A DNA stretch of 64,000 nt. It comes from Bacteroidia bacterium (GTDB lineage: Bacteria > Bacteroidota > Bacteroidia > NS11-12g > UBA9320). Shown here piece by piece: positions 1 to 10,335 of this stretch. The translations under genes were made by a program, and so were the position numbers. The notes under the pieces were generated by a model. It worked only from the letters and a program-made list of their open reading frames with translations. It was not told the origin of the DNA and did no database searches. Position 1 is the first letter of the stretch, and every line of letters begins with the position of its first letter. The stretch is taken from positions 224,001 to 288,000 of the forward strand of contig CBDCFW010000005.1 in the NCBI GenBank assembly GCA_965216465.1, read 5' to 3'.

Positions 1-116
1 CGATAAATTTTTCCGTATTTGTGCTTCGAAAATTGTTCAGCAACATGTTCAATGGCAAGTTGGCCAAAGCCAAGTTGAGAAACCAGGAGAACCAAAATTA
101 TGAGGAATGTGCGCAT
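1..116 (-). CDS. N-terminus of a secreted protein (partial, runs off the window start)
   Basis: Manual translation from ATG at 116: MRTFLIILVLLVSQLGFGQLAIEHVAEQFSKHKYGKIY...; Sec signal peptide with Gln after the likely cleavage site. Not in the ORF track. Confidence 0.7.
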   Translation of the reverse strand, partial: MRTFLIILVLLVSQLGFGQLAIEHVAEQFSKHKYGKIY

Positions 117-128
117 ATGTATAAGAGT

Positions 129-857
129 TTAGTATTGATATTTATCATACTTGCGAAGCTGTTTAACGAAAACCCCAAAGTCTTTGGTATAATCGGCTTT
201 AACTTCAATTTCAGTTCCATCCAAATCTGAAAGCTTCATTGAATATGCATGCAATGCGAACCTATTGATCATGGGTTGTTCTTCACCTGTACGCGATAAT
301 GAAAATTTCCGTTTCAACTTCGAAAGAAAAGGGAAACTTCCTCCGTAAACCTCGTCTCCGGCAATCGGTGCTTGTTGAGATGCAAGATGTATTCTAATCT
401 GATGCAATCTGCCACTTTCAGGTTCACAAGAAACTAAAGAATAGTTGCCAAAGTTTTCAATGGTATTGAACACCGTTCGGCTTGCTTTACCGCGGTTATG
501 GTTGATGGAACTTCGTCCACTTCTGGTAACAACCAATGGTAGGTTAACTTCGAAATCTTCGAAGTTGTGCATGCCTTCGCAAACCGCATGATAAACCTTT
601 TTTACCTTGCGCTTCTCGAACTGAACCGCTGCTTGCTTGTAGGCATCATTGTGCTTTGAAATCAGCAGAATACCACTTGTGTCTTTATCCAAACGATGGC
701 ACAATTGGTAAGCTTCGTTCATGCGTTTTGCAGCTTCAAAAACAGATTCTGCAATGCCTATACGCTCATGCAAACTTGAAACGCCCGCAGGCTTATTGAC
801 CCCAATATAGTTGTCATTTTCAAAAACAATATGATCTTTTAATCGTAGTCTTTTCAA
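129..857 (-). CDS. RluA-family RNA pseudouridine synthase
   Basis: Motifs VNKPAG, HRLDKDTSG (catalytic Asp), GRLHQIRIH, LHAY. TTG start overlaps the hisS stop. Confidence 0.93.
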   Translation of the reverse strand: MKRLRLKDHIVFENDNYIGVNKPAGVSSLHERIGIAESVFEAAKRMNEAYQLCHRLDKDTSGILLISKHNDAYKQAAVQFEKRKVKKVYHAVCEGMHNFEDFEVNLPLVVTRSGRSSINHNRGKASRTVFNTIENFGNYSLVSCEPESGRLHQIRIHLASQQAPIAGDEVYGGSFPFLSKLKRKFSLSRTGEEQPMINRFALHAYSMKLSDLDGTEIEVKADYTKDFGVFVKQLRKYDKYQY

Positions 858-2227
858 GATTTCAGATAGGCTATAGCTTCATCAAAGGAGTATGTACTTT
901 GCTCTCCTATTTCTAAGTTTTTTATAGTTATTTGACCCGATTTCATTTCCTGCTCACCGATCACAATTGCATTTTTTATCCCCTTCTTATTGGCGAAATC
1001 AAATTGCTTGTAAATCTTCTTCTTATCTGGATAAACGATACAACTAACACCTTCTGCACGAAGCTGTTGAGCCAATTTCATTCCATAAACTTGGGTTGAT
1101 TTATCAAAGTGGCAGATCAATACATTTTCATTCGACTGAAGATTATCTGGCCATTTATTTTGACCTTCAAGAATTTCAAAGATTCGATCTATGCCAAAAG
1201 ATATCCCAACTCCTGAAACATCTTTTAAACCAAACACTCCTGTAAGATCATCGTATCGTCCACCGCCAGAAATTGAGCCTATTCCACTGTTAGGCACAAT
1301 TGCTTCAAAAATGCAGCCCGTGTAATAATCAAGGCCACGAGCCAAGCTTAAGTCAAGTTCTACTCGAATAGTTAGACTACTGTTTTTAAGGTAAGAAAGA
1401 ATATCCGCTAAATCATCTATGGCTTTTTGTGCAATTGCATTATTGTTAAATGCTGCACCAAATTTCTCGAGATTTGCTTTATTCAATTCCGCGTTTGAAA
1501 TGATTGAAAACAATTTCTTGCATTTTTCTTCGCTCACACCGTAGCCGGCTAGTTCTTTAAGTACCCCTTCTTCTCCGATCTTATCTAATTTATCAAGAGT
1601 TGAGGTAAAACGTGCCACTGGAAAATCCAATTGAAGCTCATCTACCAAAGCTTCTAAAAATTTACGGTGGTTTACTTTCAATACCGCATCGGGTAACCCA
1701 ACCGCTTGAAATGCTTCATCATAGATTAAGATTAAATCTGCCTCATGGATTAACGAATTTGACCCGATACAATCTGCGTCACATTGGGTGAATTCTCTAA
1801 ATCGTCCTTTCTGTGGCCGATCTGCCCTCCACACATTTTGGATTTGATATCGTCTAAACGGAAAGCTTACCTCATTTCTGTGTTGAACTACATAACGAGC
1901 AAATGGAACAGTTAAATCATATCGCAAACCAAGTTTCGACTTTCCTGGTATCCATCTTTCGGGAAGGATGTTTTCCAGTTTTTCACCGATATCAGCCGGA
2001 AGCTCTTGCTTAATTTCTTTATTGCTACGAATCTTGTATAGCAATTTATCGCCTTCATCACCGTACTTACCTGTAAGCATATCAAGGTTTTCAAGAGCAG
2101 GTGTCTCCAATGGCTCAAATCCGAACTTATGAAAGATTGATTTTATCGAATTGAGGAGGTAATTCCTCTTCCTCATTACTTCTGGACCAAAATCTCTAGT
2201 ACCTTGTGGATTAGACGGTTTTTGCAT
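854..2227 (-). CDS. hisS: Histidine--tRNA ligase
   Basis: GTRDF, LRYDLTVPFARY, WRADRPQKGRFREFTQCD, LARGLDYYTG, GGGRYD; C-terminal anticodon-binding domain. Confidence 0.98.
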   Translation of the reverse strand: MQKPSNPQGTRDFGPEVMRKRNYLLNSIKSIFHKFGFEPLETPALENLDMLTGKYGDEGDKLLYKIRSNKEIKQELPADIGEKLENILPERWIPGKSKLGLRYDLTVPFARYVVQHRNEVSFPFRRYQIQNVWRADRPQKGRFREFTQCDADCIGSNSLIHEADLILIYDEAFQAVGLPDAVLKVNHRKFLEALVDELQLDFPVARFTSTLDKLDKIGEEGVLKELAGYGVSEEKCKKLFSIISNAELNKANLEKFGAAFNNNAIAQKAIDDLADILSYLKNSSLTIRVELDLSLARGLDYYTGCIFEAIVPNSGIGSISGGGRYDDLTGVFGLKDVSGVGISFGIDRIFEILEGQNKWPDNLQSNENVLICHFDKSTQVYGMKLAQQLRAEGVSCIVYPDKKKIYKQFDFANKKGIKNAIVIGEQEMKSGQITIKNLEIGEQSTYSFDEAIAYLKS

Positions 2228-2247
2228 TGCAGCAAATGTAACATCTC

Positions 2248-4110
2248 CTATTTAAAATTATTGCTAATTATACGATCATTAAAATCTTGGATATAGGCTT
2301 TGAGTTTTGCATCCATTTCTGCTCTTTTTTGAAGCAGCGAATCTGATAAATCATCTTCATTTTCGGGGTCGATGATATTGTCATACATAGAATATTTATT
2401 AAACCGAATGGTTTCTAGGTTATACCTTGGCTCAATAATGTTATACACGTTACTCTCATAGTGAATAACATGCGATTGAGCAGTATCCAGCAAAGACACG
2501 CCAAGTGCAAATAATGTATCTTGATACCCAGCCATATGAGCCACAGTTGGATATAGATCCAGGTGTTGAACCGGTTTTTCAACTTTTTGAGGAGTAAAAT
2601 ATTTTGGGCTGTAAACCAAAAGAGGAATTTTATACTTGCCGGTATACGTTCTAAATTGGTCAGACTGATTTATCGAACTGTGGTCTGCCGTTATGATAAA
2701 AATCGTATTCTCAAACCATGGCTTGGTCTTGCACGTTTTTAAGAACTCGTTGAACGCTATATCTGCATAGCGAATCGATTTATGAATAGGGATACTTCCT
2801 TCTTCTAAATAATTATAAGCGGCAGGTACTTTGTATGGATGATGACTGCTTAGGGTAAAAACGCCACTAATCCAAGGTTGCTTTTGCTGATCAAGTTGTG
2901 TTACAGTGTAGTTTAAGAAGGGGCCGTCAAAAATACCCCAAGTACCATCAAAGTCAATGTCCTTAGGATAATCCTGCTTAGCGTAATAAGCATCAATTCC
3001 TTCCGCTTTAAGAAAGGCCTTAAAGCCCATTGATTGTTCATCTGCAGCGTGAAAAAAACTGCTGCTATAACCTAAGGGTTTTAATAATTCGAAAATGGAA
3101 GCCACTTCATTACTGGTGTAAAGCGAACCAATAAACGACTGATCCATTAGGCATGGTACTCCTGCAAATACAGAGGCAACTGCATCCATTGAACGCAGAC
3201 CATTAGCGTATGCATTTTCAAAAGAAATGGCGTGTTCTCGTAACGAATCAAGAAATGGGGTATAGCTTGGCCCTACTCCTTGGTTTAATCCGGTATATTC
3301 TTTCCCAAAACTCTCAAGCAAAACAATACAAATATTTGGTTTATTGATGCTATCTTGTTGGTATTGCTTATAGTGTTGTTGTGTCCATTCAGCAAGTTCT
3401 TCATCTGAAACAAAGTCCCAATCTGTTAGTTGATCTTTTCCATAGGATTCTAATAGGAAATACGTCGGTGACATTGCAGTTTTTGCCATTGCCGCTGGTA
3501 AGTCTTCGTAGGCATTCATGGCATTTAGCGGTTTGAGCGTAAAACTACCTCGTGCCGCAGCAACCAAGGCTACTAGACCAAAAATCACAATTAAAATCGA
3601 CTGTTTTCTTGAAAAGCCTTTGGTCAGTGCATTAAAACACCACAAGGCTCCGTAGGCCGTTGCAAGTATCACCAAAACAGCCCACCAATACTCTGCGATA
3701 TAGTTCCAAATAATACTAGATTCTTGTCCACCAATCATCGTAAAGAGTTCAAGTCCAGCTATGTTCTTACTAATTGGGAAGTAAAAAACATTAATAAAGT
3801 TAAAAACTAGTGAACCGATAAACAGAAGCACAAATGCTACTTGTGATATCTTTTTCAATAACTTGCTTTTGAGAAAAACATTTACTCCGAGCAGTACAAA
3901 TACAAGGCTAAACCAAATAGCAATGGTTTTGAAGTCAAATCGAAGCGAAGTGACTATGTAAGCTGACCATTTGTTAGCAGTTACGGCTAAATCTTTGTAC
4001 ATTGAAATCAGCATAATTCTGCTAATCCATAGCGGACTTGCAAGTAGAAGGATGAAGCCTAGTATTTTTATTAGATTTTTTATCAAACTATTTGCTTGAA
4101 TTGAATGCAA
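2248..4110 (-). CDS. LTA-synthase/sulfatase-like membrane protein (alkaline phosphatase superfamily)
   Basis: About 5 N-terminal TM helices followed by PNICIVLLESF, TLSSHHPY and ITADH metal-binding motifs. Confidence 0.85.
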   Translation of the reverse strand: MHSIQANSLIKNLIKILGFILLLASPLWISRIMLISMYKDLAVTANKWSAYIVTSLRFDFKTIAIWFSLVFVLLGVNVFLKSKLLKKISQVAFVLLFIGSLVFNFINVFYFPISKNIAGLELFTMIGGQESSIIWNYIAEYWWAVLVILATAYGALWCFNALTKGFSRKQSILIVIFGLVALVAAARGSFTLKPLNAMNAYEDLPAAMAKTAMSPTYFLLESYGKDQLTDWDFVSDEELAEWTQQHYKQYQQDSINKPNICIVLLESFGKEYTGLNQGVGPSYTPFLDSLREHAISFENAYANGLRSMDAVASVFAGVPCLMDQSFIGSLYTSNEVASIFELLKPLGYSSSFFHAADEQSMGFKAFLKAEGIDAYYAKQDYPKDIDFDGTWGIFDGPFLNYTVTQLDQQKQPWISGVFTLSSHHPYKVPAAYNYLEEGSIPIHKSIRYADIAFNEFLKTCKTKPWFENTIFIITADHSSINQSDQFRTYTGKYKIPLLVYSPKYFTPQKVEKPVQHLDLYPTVAHMAGYQDTLFALGVSLLDTAQSHVIHYESNVYNIIEPRYNLETIRFNKYSMYDNIIDPENEDDLSDSLLQKRAEMDAKLKAYIQDFNDRIISNNFK

Positions 4111-4117
4111 AAATTAC

Positions 4118-4125
4118 TAATTTTG
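4118..4125 (+). promoter_or_regulatory. Bacteroidota sigma70 -7 element (TAATTTTG) for rpmE
   Basis: Matches TAnnTTTG, followed by CAGTCC, about 80 nt upstream of rpmE. Confidence 0.6.
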
Positions 4126-4206
4126 CAGTCCTTTAAAAGAAAAAGCTAATATTAGTTTTGTATAAGACAGTATTAGTAGGATTAGAACTTATAGAAATAA
4201 AGAGAA

Positions 4207-4458
4207 ATGAAAAAGCAAATTCATCCAGATAATTATAGACTAGTTGTTTTTAAAGACATGTCTAACGGTTACCAGTTTTTAACCAAGTCTTGTGTAGAAA
4301 CAAAAGAAACTACCACGTTTGAAGATGGTAACGAATATCCTATTTACAAGTTAGAGATCTCAAGTGCTTCTCACCCTTTCTATACTGGAAAAATGCAATT
4401 CGTTGATACTGCCGGAAGAATCGACAAATTCAACAAAAGATACGCAAAAAAGAAATAA
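4207..4458 (+). CDS. rpmE: 50S ribosomal protein L31, type B (Zn-independent)
   Basis: MKKQIHP...[13 protein letters not shown]...DTAGRIDKF. Confidence 0.97.
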   Translation: MKKQIHPDNYRLVVFKDMSNGYQFLTKSCVETKETTTFEDGNEYPIYKLEISSASHPFYTGKMQFVDTAGRIDKFNKRYAKKK

Positions 4459-4477
4459 CATCTTACCGATAAATAAT

Positions 4478-4509
4478 AAAGGCTCTCTATATTTGGAGAG
4501 CCTTTTTTT
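4478..4509 (+). terminator. Intrinsic terminator after rpmE
   Basis: AAAGGCTCTC-tatatttg-GAGAGCCTTTTTTT. Confidence 0.8.
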
Positions 4510-5709
4510 ATGAATATTATTTTATTCGACGACGAGCAAAGATTCAACCTACTGCCTCTTTCCTATACGCGCCCTTGTGGTGATTTAAGACTGGGAATTT
4601 TAACCCTAGGCGAGAAATGGAGTATGTTTGATTCTGATAATCAGGTTTCGTTTCTGTCAGCTGATTATTTAGCTACCAAATTCCCAACTCAATACAGCGA
4701 AGCTAATTTTTTTATTAACGGACGATTATTAGCTGAATCTGAAATATTTGATGCGATTAAAGCATTACAGGCTAATCAAGCACTTATTAATAACGGAACT
4801 GTTCTAGCGGTTCACTCTGCTGCTCAGCTAAAGATTGATTTTAATATTGATGAATTTGAGTCAATAGAATATTCAGGCGAGGTTGTTATGGTAAATAATC
4901 CAAGCGATATGTTTACACTTAACGATCAAGAGCTTCGTAACGACTTTGAACGCCTTACAGCAGGAAGAGAATCTCAAAAACTATCTGATACCAACACAGT
5001 AATTGGTGACAATATCTTCGTAGAAGAAGGGGTTAGCGTTGAAGCAGCCACTATAAACACCACTACAGGACCTGTATATATTGGAAAAGATGCACTCATT
5101 ATGGAAGGCTCTTTGATTCGAGGACCGTTTGCGGCATGCGACCATTCTGTAATTAAAATGGGTGCCAAAATTTATGGTGCTACAACGGTTGGGCCTCATT
5201 GTAAGGTAGGTGGCGAAATGAGTAATGTGATGTTTCAAGCCCATAGCAATAAAGGCCACGATGGATTTTTAGGCAATTCGGTTATTGGCGAATGGTGTAA
5301 TTTAGGTGCAGATACAAATAGCTCTAATCTTAAAAATAATTATGCTCCTGTAAAGCTATGGAACTACACAGCAAAGCGTTTTTTGAATACAGGGCTTCAA
5401 TTTTGTGGACTTATCATGGGTGATCATAGCAAGTGTGGAATCAATACGATGTTTAATACCGGAACTGTTGTTGGAGTAAGTGCTAACATTTTTGGAGCAG
5501 GCTTTCCGCGAAACTTTATTCCATCGTTTACGTGGGGTGGATCATCAGGTTTTTCTACCTACACCATTGGCAAGTCTTTTGAAACCGCGTCAAAAGTTAT
5601 GGCACGTAGAAATCAAGAACTTACAGAAGTTGAAAAAGACATTTTAAAGCATATTTTTGAAGCCTCTTCCGAACACCGATTTTGGGAGAACAAACCGTTA
5701 AAAGCATGA
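4510..5709 (+). CDS. GlmU-like putative sugar nucleotidyltransferase / hexapeptide-repeat protein
   Basis: LLPLSYTRP N-terminus; left-handed beta-helix repeats; NKGHDGFLGNSVIGEWCNLGA. Confidence 0.85.
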   Translation: MNIILFDDEQRFNLLPLSYTRPCGDLRLGILTLGEKWSMFDSDNQVSFLSADYLATKFPTQYSEANFFINGRLLAESEIFDAIKALQANQALINNGTVLAVHSAAQLKIDFNIDEFESIEYSGEVVMVNNPSDMFTLNDQELRNDFERLTAGRESQKLSDTNTVIGDNIFVEEGVSVEAATINTTTGPVYIGKDALIMEGSLIRGPFAACDHSVIKMGAKIYGATTVGPHCKVGGEMSNVMFQAHSNKGHDGFLGNSVIGEWCNLGADTNSSNLKNNYAPVKLWNYTAKRFLNTGLQFCGLIMGDHSKCGINTMFNTGTVVGVSANIFGAGFPRNFIPSFTWGGSSGFSTYTIGKSFETASKVMARRNQELTEVEKDILKHIFEASSEHRFWENKPLKA

Positions 5710-6455
5710 GACAAAAAATTGTAGCAGGAAATTGGAAGATGAATCTGGACCTGGATGAGGGGAAGGAACTGTTAATTAACATTCTAGACAGTGAATTGAG
5801 TGATCAGGTGCAAACCATTATAATTCCTCCGTACATTCACCTAAGCAACTTCAAGCAAATGCTTTCTCATACTAAGCTTGCATTAGGTGCTCAAAATTGC
5901 CATCAGCAAGACTCTGGTGCCTTTACAGGCGAAGTTTCTGTTCAGATGTTGAAGAGTGTTGGGGTCGAATATGTAATTCTAGGGCACAGCGAGCGAAGAG
6001 AGTATTTTGCTGAAGATAGTTTATCGCTTTCTTTTAAAGTGAACAACGTTATCAAGCACGGTTTAAGACCTATTTATTGCTGTGGAGAATCATTAATTCA
6101 ACGTCAAGAAGGTGAGCATTTTGAGATTATTCGTTCGCAAATTAAAAACGGACTATTTCAATTAAATGAAATGGAACTTTTGAATTGTGTTGTCGCTTAT
6201 GAACCTATTTGGGCAATTGGCACTGGTGAGACTGCCAGTCCTGCTCAAGCACAAGAGATGCATGCATTCATTCGAAAAATAATCGGTCAAGAGTATGGCG
6301 ATATGGTGGCACAAAACATCTCTATTCTGTATGGAGGAAGTGTTAAACCAAACAATGCAGTAGAGTTATTCAACTGCCCAGATATTGATGGCGGTTTGAT
6401 TGGTGGTGCCGCATTATCTGCAGAAAGCTTTGCTGCCATCTGCAATAGCTTCTAA
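5706..6455 (+). CDS. tpiA: Triosephosphate isomerase
   Basis: AGNWKMN, GHSERR, AYEPIWAIGTG, LYGGSV. Start placed at ATG 5706 (ATGA overlap with upstream stop). Confidence 0.98.
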   Translation: MRQKIVAGNWKMNLDLDEGKELLINILDSELSDQVQTIIIPPYIHLSNFKQMLSHTKLALGAQNCHQQDSGAFTGEVSVQMLKSVGVEYVILGHSERREYFAEDSLSLSFKVNNVIKHGLRPIYCCGESLIQRQEGEHFEIIRSQIKNGLFQLNEMELLNCVVAYEPIWAIGTGETASPAQAQEMHAFIRKIIGQEYGDMVAQNISILYGGSVKPNNAVELFNCPDIDGGLIGGAALSAESFAAICNSF

Positions 6456-6461
6456 GTTAGC

Positions 6462-7040
6462 TTAAAACAAGAATCCTATATTTAAGGCTAAACGATCTAA
6501 GGTCGTGAAAGTAAATCGTGTGTCTTTGTCTACAAAGTCTCCTTCAGCTGTGTATTCTTGAAGGTTTACATTTATATTAGCTTGTGACTCTAAAGAAACT
6601 CTGATATTTCTAAATGGCTTGTAAGCGATGCCTACAATCGGTCGTGCCCCAAAATCCCAAAAATATCCATAATAGGTTTGCCCATCTTCTTGGTAAAATT
6701 TAGAATTCCAATAGCCATCCATGGCAACATATGCATTCACTTCATCAAGATCTGCAATAAACAGGTCTTTCTGTAGTCCTGCCGCTAATGTATAAGCAAC
6801 AGTACCCTGGTGATAGACTACGGTATCTGTTCTTACCTCTTTGTCGGTATCTGCATAGAAGCTTGCACCTAGCCTAAGGTGTTTATTGTTTTTTATAGAT
6901 CTTCTATACAGCAGGCTGTAATCGGTAGACTTATTAAATTTAAGCGGAGCAATAGTCAGCGCTAATTCATTTGGTCTAGTTTGCCCGAATGATGCAGCTG
7001 CAAAGGAGAACAATAGAATGATTAATGAAAGTTTCTTCAT
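6462..7040 (-). CDS. Secreted protein, probable small outer-membrane beta-barrel
   Basis: Signal peptide, amphipathic beta-strand pattern, C-terminal LNIGFLF. Confidence 0.6.
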   Translation of the reverse strand: MKKLSLIILLFSFAAASFGQTRPNELALTIAPLKFNKSTDYSLLYRRSIKNNKHLRLGASFYADTDKEVRTDTVVYHQGTVAYTLAAGLQKDLFIADLDEVNAYVAMDGYWNSKFYQEDGQTYYGYFWDFGARPIVGIAYKPFRNIRVSLESQANINVNLQEYTAEGDFVDKDTRFTFTTLDRLALNIGFLF

Positions 7041-7060
7041 ATGTCTTACAATTATAAAAC

Positions 7061-7092
7061 AAAAAAGGCTTCGATTTTCATCGAAGCCTTTT
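7061..7092 (-). terminator. Intrinsic terminator after the OmpA-family gene
   Basis: AAAAAAGGCTTCGA-ttttca-TCGAAGCCTTTT inverted repeat. Confidence 0.8.
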
Positions 7093-7121
7093 GTATTATA
7101 TATGAGTTGCCTCTCGTATAT

Positions 7122-8663
7122 TTATTTCTCAGATTGAGTAAGGTCAATTCTTCTAGTGCTGTATTCAACACCTGACCCTGTAGAGTAATCAGTAGTTACT
7201 CTGCTTCTTTCAATTCCGTAGTTAGCTTCTAAGTGATCAACAATTGCGTTAACACGTTTCCATGCTAATTGCTCACCGCTTTTGCTTCGCGTATATCCTG
7301 TAGCAGTAATTGCTAAACCTGGACATTGCTTCATTTTTTCAGCGATGCTGTAAAGAACACCATAAGATGCTGGGTTGATTTTTGAGCTACCGTTATCGAA
7401 GATGATAGTTGGTAATGAAACATTTTCACAATCGCAACATGCGTTCACATCAACTGCTTCACCTTTAACGTTAACCAAAGCACCTTCAGCACTGTTTGGC
7501 TCAATATCGATACAGTTTGGTACACCGTCACCGTCAGAGTCAATAGCAACACCATTCTCATCTACGTCGTCGCAGATAGAAACTAGCTCAAGGTCTTTAC
7601 AGTCAACAACACCGTCGTTATCTGTATCGATCGCTCGACCGTTACCATATACTCTATCACAATCAGTACTATCTTCAGCATCAAAGAAGTCAGATACACC
7701 ATCACCATCAGCATCTCCCAAAAGGATAGCCATTTTCTTTTCAAGTGTATCAACCATTTGCATTCTTTCGTAAACAGTCTCCATTGGATTTAACCAATCG
7801 TAGTGAGCTTCTTGTCCTTTCTTACCAAGCTTTACTGAAGCTTGAACACCAAGAAGAGAGTAGAAGTCAGCATATCTGTTTCTCCAAATTGGAAAAGAGA
7901 ATGCATCTAAGTTATCAGTTCTTGTCCAGTGAGATCTCCACTCAAGACCAATGTCTAACCACTCACCAAAGTTTCTTTTAACACCCATTCCAAAAGGAAT
8001 AGTAAGGTTACGACCTTTGTAGTAAGTTTCAGCAGTAACTACATCGTCTTTGTTGTCAACTACATTTCTGTTAGCATCTAAACCAAGAACATACTCACTA
8101 CCCCAGTCTTCAAATGCATTTTGAGCATCAACACCAGTGAACTCACCTGTAGCATCACTCCAAATAGTACCCACACCAAACATGGTGTACATTTGTAACT
8201 TTCTAAGTGGTCTTAAGAATGAGATGTTTCCTAAGGTGTAAACTGCAGTTAAGTTTAAGTCTTTAAAGTTGTTTGTAACTGTGAATTCTTCATCAGTTGG
8301 AGCTTGGTTACCACCGTTGAAACGCTCACCATCTTGGTGTTGTGTTACAACGTCAGCTCCCCAACGTCCTTTGTTTCTGTTTCCACTGAATTGGTGATCT
8401 TGACGTCCACCTTTTAAGTTCCCGATATCACCGCTTAATTTTAAGCCGAATGATTGAGAAACTGAGTACTTTACGTGCAAACCTCCTGAGATTCCCACCA
8501 TTGCATCGTCCGCGTCACCGTTTAAGTGAGTTGGGCTAATTTGTAAACCTACAGACCATTTTTTAGACGGCCTAAATTTCGAAAAATACCCTCCTACCTG
8601 TGCTTCTGAAGTTAGATAACCAAAAGTAGTAAGAAGTACTAGAATTAATTTCAAATTTTTCAT
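7122..8663 (-). CDS. OmpA-family outer membrane protein with thrombospondin type-3-like Ca-binding repeats
   Basis: Signal peptide, N-terminal beta-barrel, DADGDGV/DTDNDGV/DSDGDGV repeats, OmpA-like C-terminus (IIFDNGSSKI...RRIDL). Confidence 0.85.
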   Translation of the reverse strand: MKNLKLILVLLTTFGYLTSEAQVGGYFSKFRPSKKWSVGLQISPTHLNGDADDAMVGISGGLHVKYSVSQSFGLKLSGDIGNLKGGRQDHQFSGNRNKGRWGADVVTQHQDGERFNGGNQAPTDEEFTVTNNFKDLNLTAVYTLGNISFLRPLRKLQMYTMFGVGTIWSDATGEFTGVDAQNAFEDWGSEYVLGLDANRNVVDNKDDVVTAETYYKGRNLTIPFGMGVKRNFGEWLDIGLEWRSHWTRTDNLDAFSFPIWRNRYADFYSLLGVQASVKLGKKGQEAHYDWLNPMETVYERMQMVDTLEKKMAILLGDADGDGVSDFFDAEDSTDCDRVYGNGRAIDTDNDGVVDCKDLELVSICDDVDENGVAIDSDGDGVPNCIDIEPNSAEGALVNVKGEAVDVNACCDCENVSLPTIIFDNGSSKINPASYGVLYSIAEKMKQCPGLAITATGYTRSKSGEQLAWKRVNAIVDHLEANYGIERSRVTTDYSTGSGVEYSTRRIDLTQSEK

Positions 8664-8751
8664 AATTTTAATTTTAGCAACTCTGTTTTTAATCTTTTTA
8701 ATTAGTTGTATAGCTGCAAAAATAACCTAAATAAACTAAGTATCAAACGTT

Positions 8752-10335
8752 TTAGGTTATTATCAGGTTAATTAAATGCCCATTTTTGAGGCCAAAATGA
8801 CACAAAATATTAGGGCTAAATTGGCCTAAAATTCTCGCAAAGCCAATAATATGGTCATTCCTTTCCTGTATGTATTCGGGGTTGAAAAATGTAGTTTTGG
8901 TTTTGAACACCTTATCCAAAGCCTTTGAACCCAAATTATCTGTATTCATTCTAGTTTGAGCAATTTTTTTAATCTCCTCCAAACGCCCGTTGAGTTTAGC
9001 AAACTTAGAATCAAACGTAAATCCCTGAACATGAGAGTTTAACAACTCCCTATATTGCGTTAAACTTAAAAAAACTTCGCTCTCAGCCTCCGCTACTTGC
9101 TGCTGTATGGCCTCAAATTCATGACTATAGCGTGACATTAGCACTTCGTTGCTGTCAAACATCTCTTTTAAGCTTTCAATCTCTAATCCTCCTACTCGTT
9201 TTTCAGGAAGCACTATTGCACTGGTACGTAAAAACACCAACGGCATAGGCATGCTATAATTGTCAAAAATTCCTTTGAGTTGTAACCAGTATTTCACCTC
9301 ACTCCCTCCGCCAACATACACAATGTTAGGAAGCGTCCATTCTTGATAAAATGGTCTTAAAGCAGCATTGGGACTGAGGGCATGAGAATTTGCCGCTACA
9401 AAAGCTTCAATTTGATGCTCATCAGTAAGCTTTCTTTCATTCGCAAGTACCTCATTATCTGAAAGTTCAATCCGTGACCTTTTCCCTTCTTCTAAGTAAA
9501 ATAAATTACACTTACGAATAACCAACTGCTGTTTAATATTTTTAGAGATTAGTTCATCTGTACTTTGCTTTAATGCTTCAAAATTGTCACCTCGCAACTC
9601 ATCAACCAAAACAGGAGAAAATTGTTGCTTCAATCGTTGATCATCTGGTTCCAGTATAACCAAGCCCCATTGCTTCGTATATTGATGTAGAAGTTTTCTA
9701 AATGCCTGACTTAAATTTTGCTGTCTATAAGCATCTCGAGCTGCATCTACAAAATTTGCCATCTCAGCATCAAGATTGAATTTTTCTGATATGGTGTCGA
9801 AAATAGACTCAACTCCAGAGGTTGACATTCGCCCAACAGGCCCCGTTTGTTTGGTAGACCATGGTATGCGTTGCTTGAACAATTCTACATACTCTATTTC
9901 CTCTCGGTCATGGTCTTCGCTAGCCATCCAAAACACCGGAACAAAGTTGTACTCAGGATAAGCTTCTTTTAAATCAAGCGCACTTTGAACGGCATCTAAT
10001 ATTTTGTACCAAACATACAACGGACCAAGTCCAATATGAATTTGTTGTCCCGTCGTAACTGTAAAAGTCTTTTGATCAGCTAATAGCTTGATATTTTGAT
10101 GAACGGCATCTGATTTATTGAGTGAAATACCGTTAGATTTATACTGATCTAACAGCACTTGAACTAATGTATTTCTTTTCTCTTTTGGAAAATCAAGCTT
10201 TTGCTTAATGATCTCCTGTGCATTCTGAATAGATGGTTGAACGGTGACAAGATCGTTTAAACGACCATTCTTATAGTCTTCTAAGAAGGCATTACTAAAT
10301 AAGGTTACAGATCTATCTACTTGCTCTATTCTCAT
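8752..10335 (-). CDS. bshC: Bacillithiol biosynthesis cysteine-adding enzyme BshC
   Basis: VTTGQQ...GPLY, VPVFWMASEDHD, SPNAALRP, YVGGGSEVKYW, QER motifs. Confidence 0.92.
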   Translation of the reverse strand: MRIEQVDRSVTLFSNAFLEDYKNGRLNDLVTVQPSIQNAQEIIKQKLDFPKEKRNTLVQVLLDQYKSNGISLNKSDAVHQNIKLLADQKTFTVTTGQQIHIGLGPLYVWYKILDAVQSALDLKEAYPEYNFVPVFWMASEDHDREEIEYVELFKQRIPWSTKQTGPVGRMSTSGVESIFDTISEKFNLDAEMANFVDAARDAYRQQNLSQAFRKLLHQYTKQWGLVILEPDDQRLKQQFSPVLVDELRGDNFEALKQSTDELISKNIKQQLVIRKCNLFYLEEGKRSRIELSDNEVLANERKLTDEHQIEAFVAANSHALSPNAALRPFYQEWTLPNIVYVGGGSEVKYWLQLKGIFDNYSMPMPLVFLRTSAIVLPEKRVGGLEIESLKEMFDSNEVLMSRYSHEFEAIQQQVAEAESEVFLSLTQYRELLNSHVQGFTFDSKFAKLNGRLEEIKKIAQTRMNTDNLGSKALDKVFKTKTTFFNPEYIQERNDHIIGFARILGQFSPNILCHFGLKNGHLINLIIT

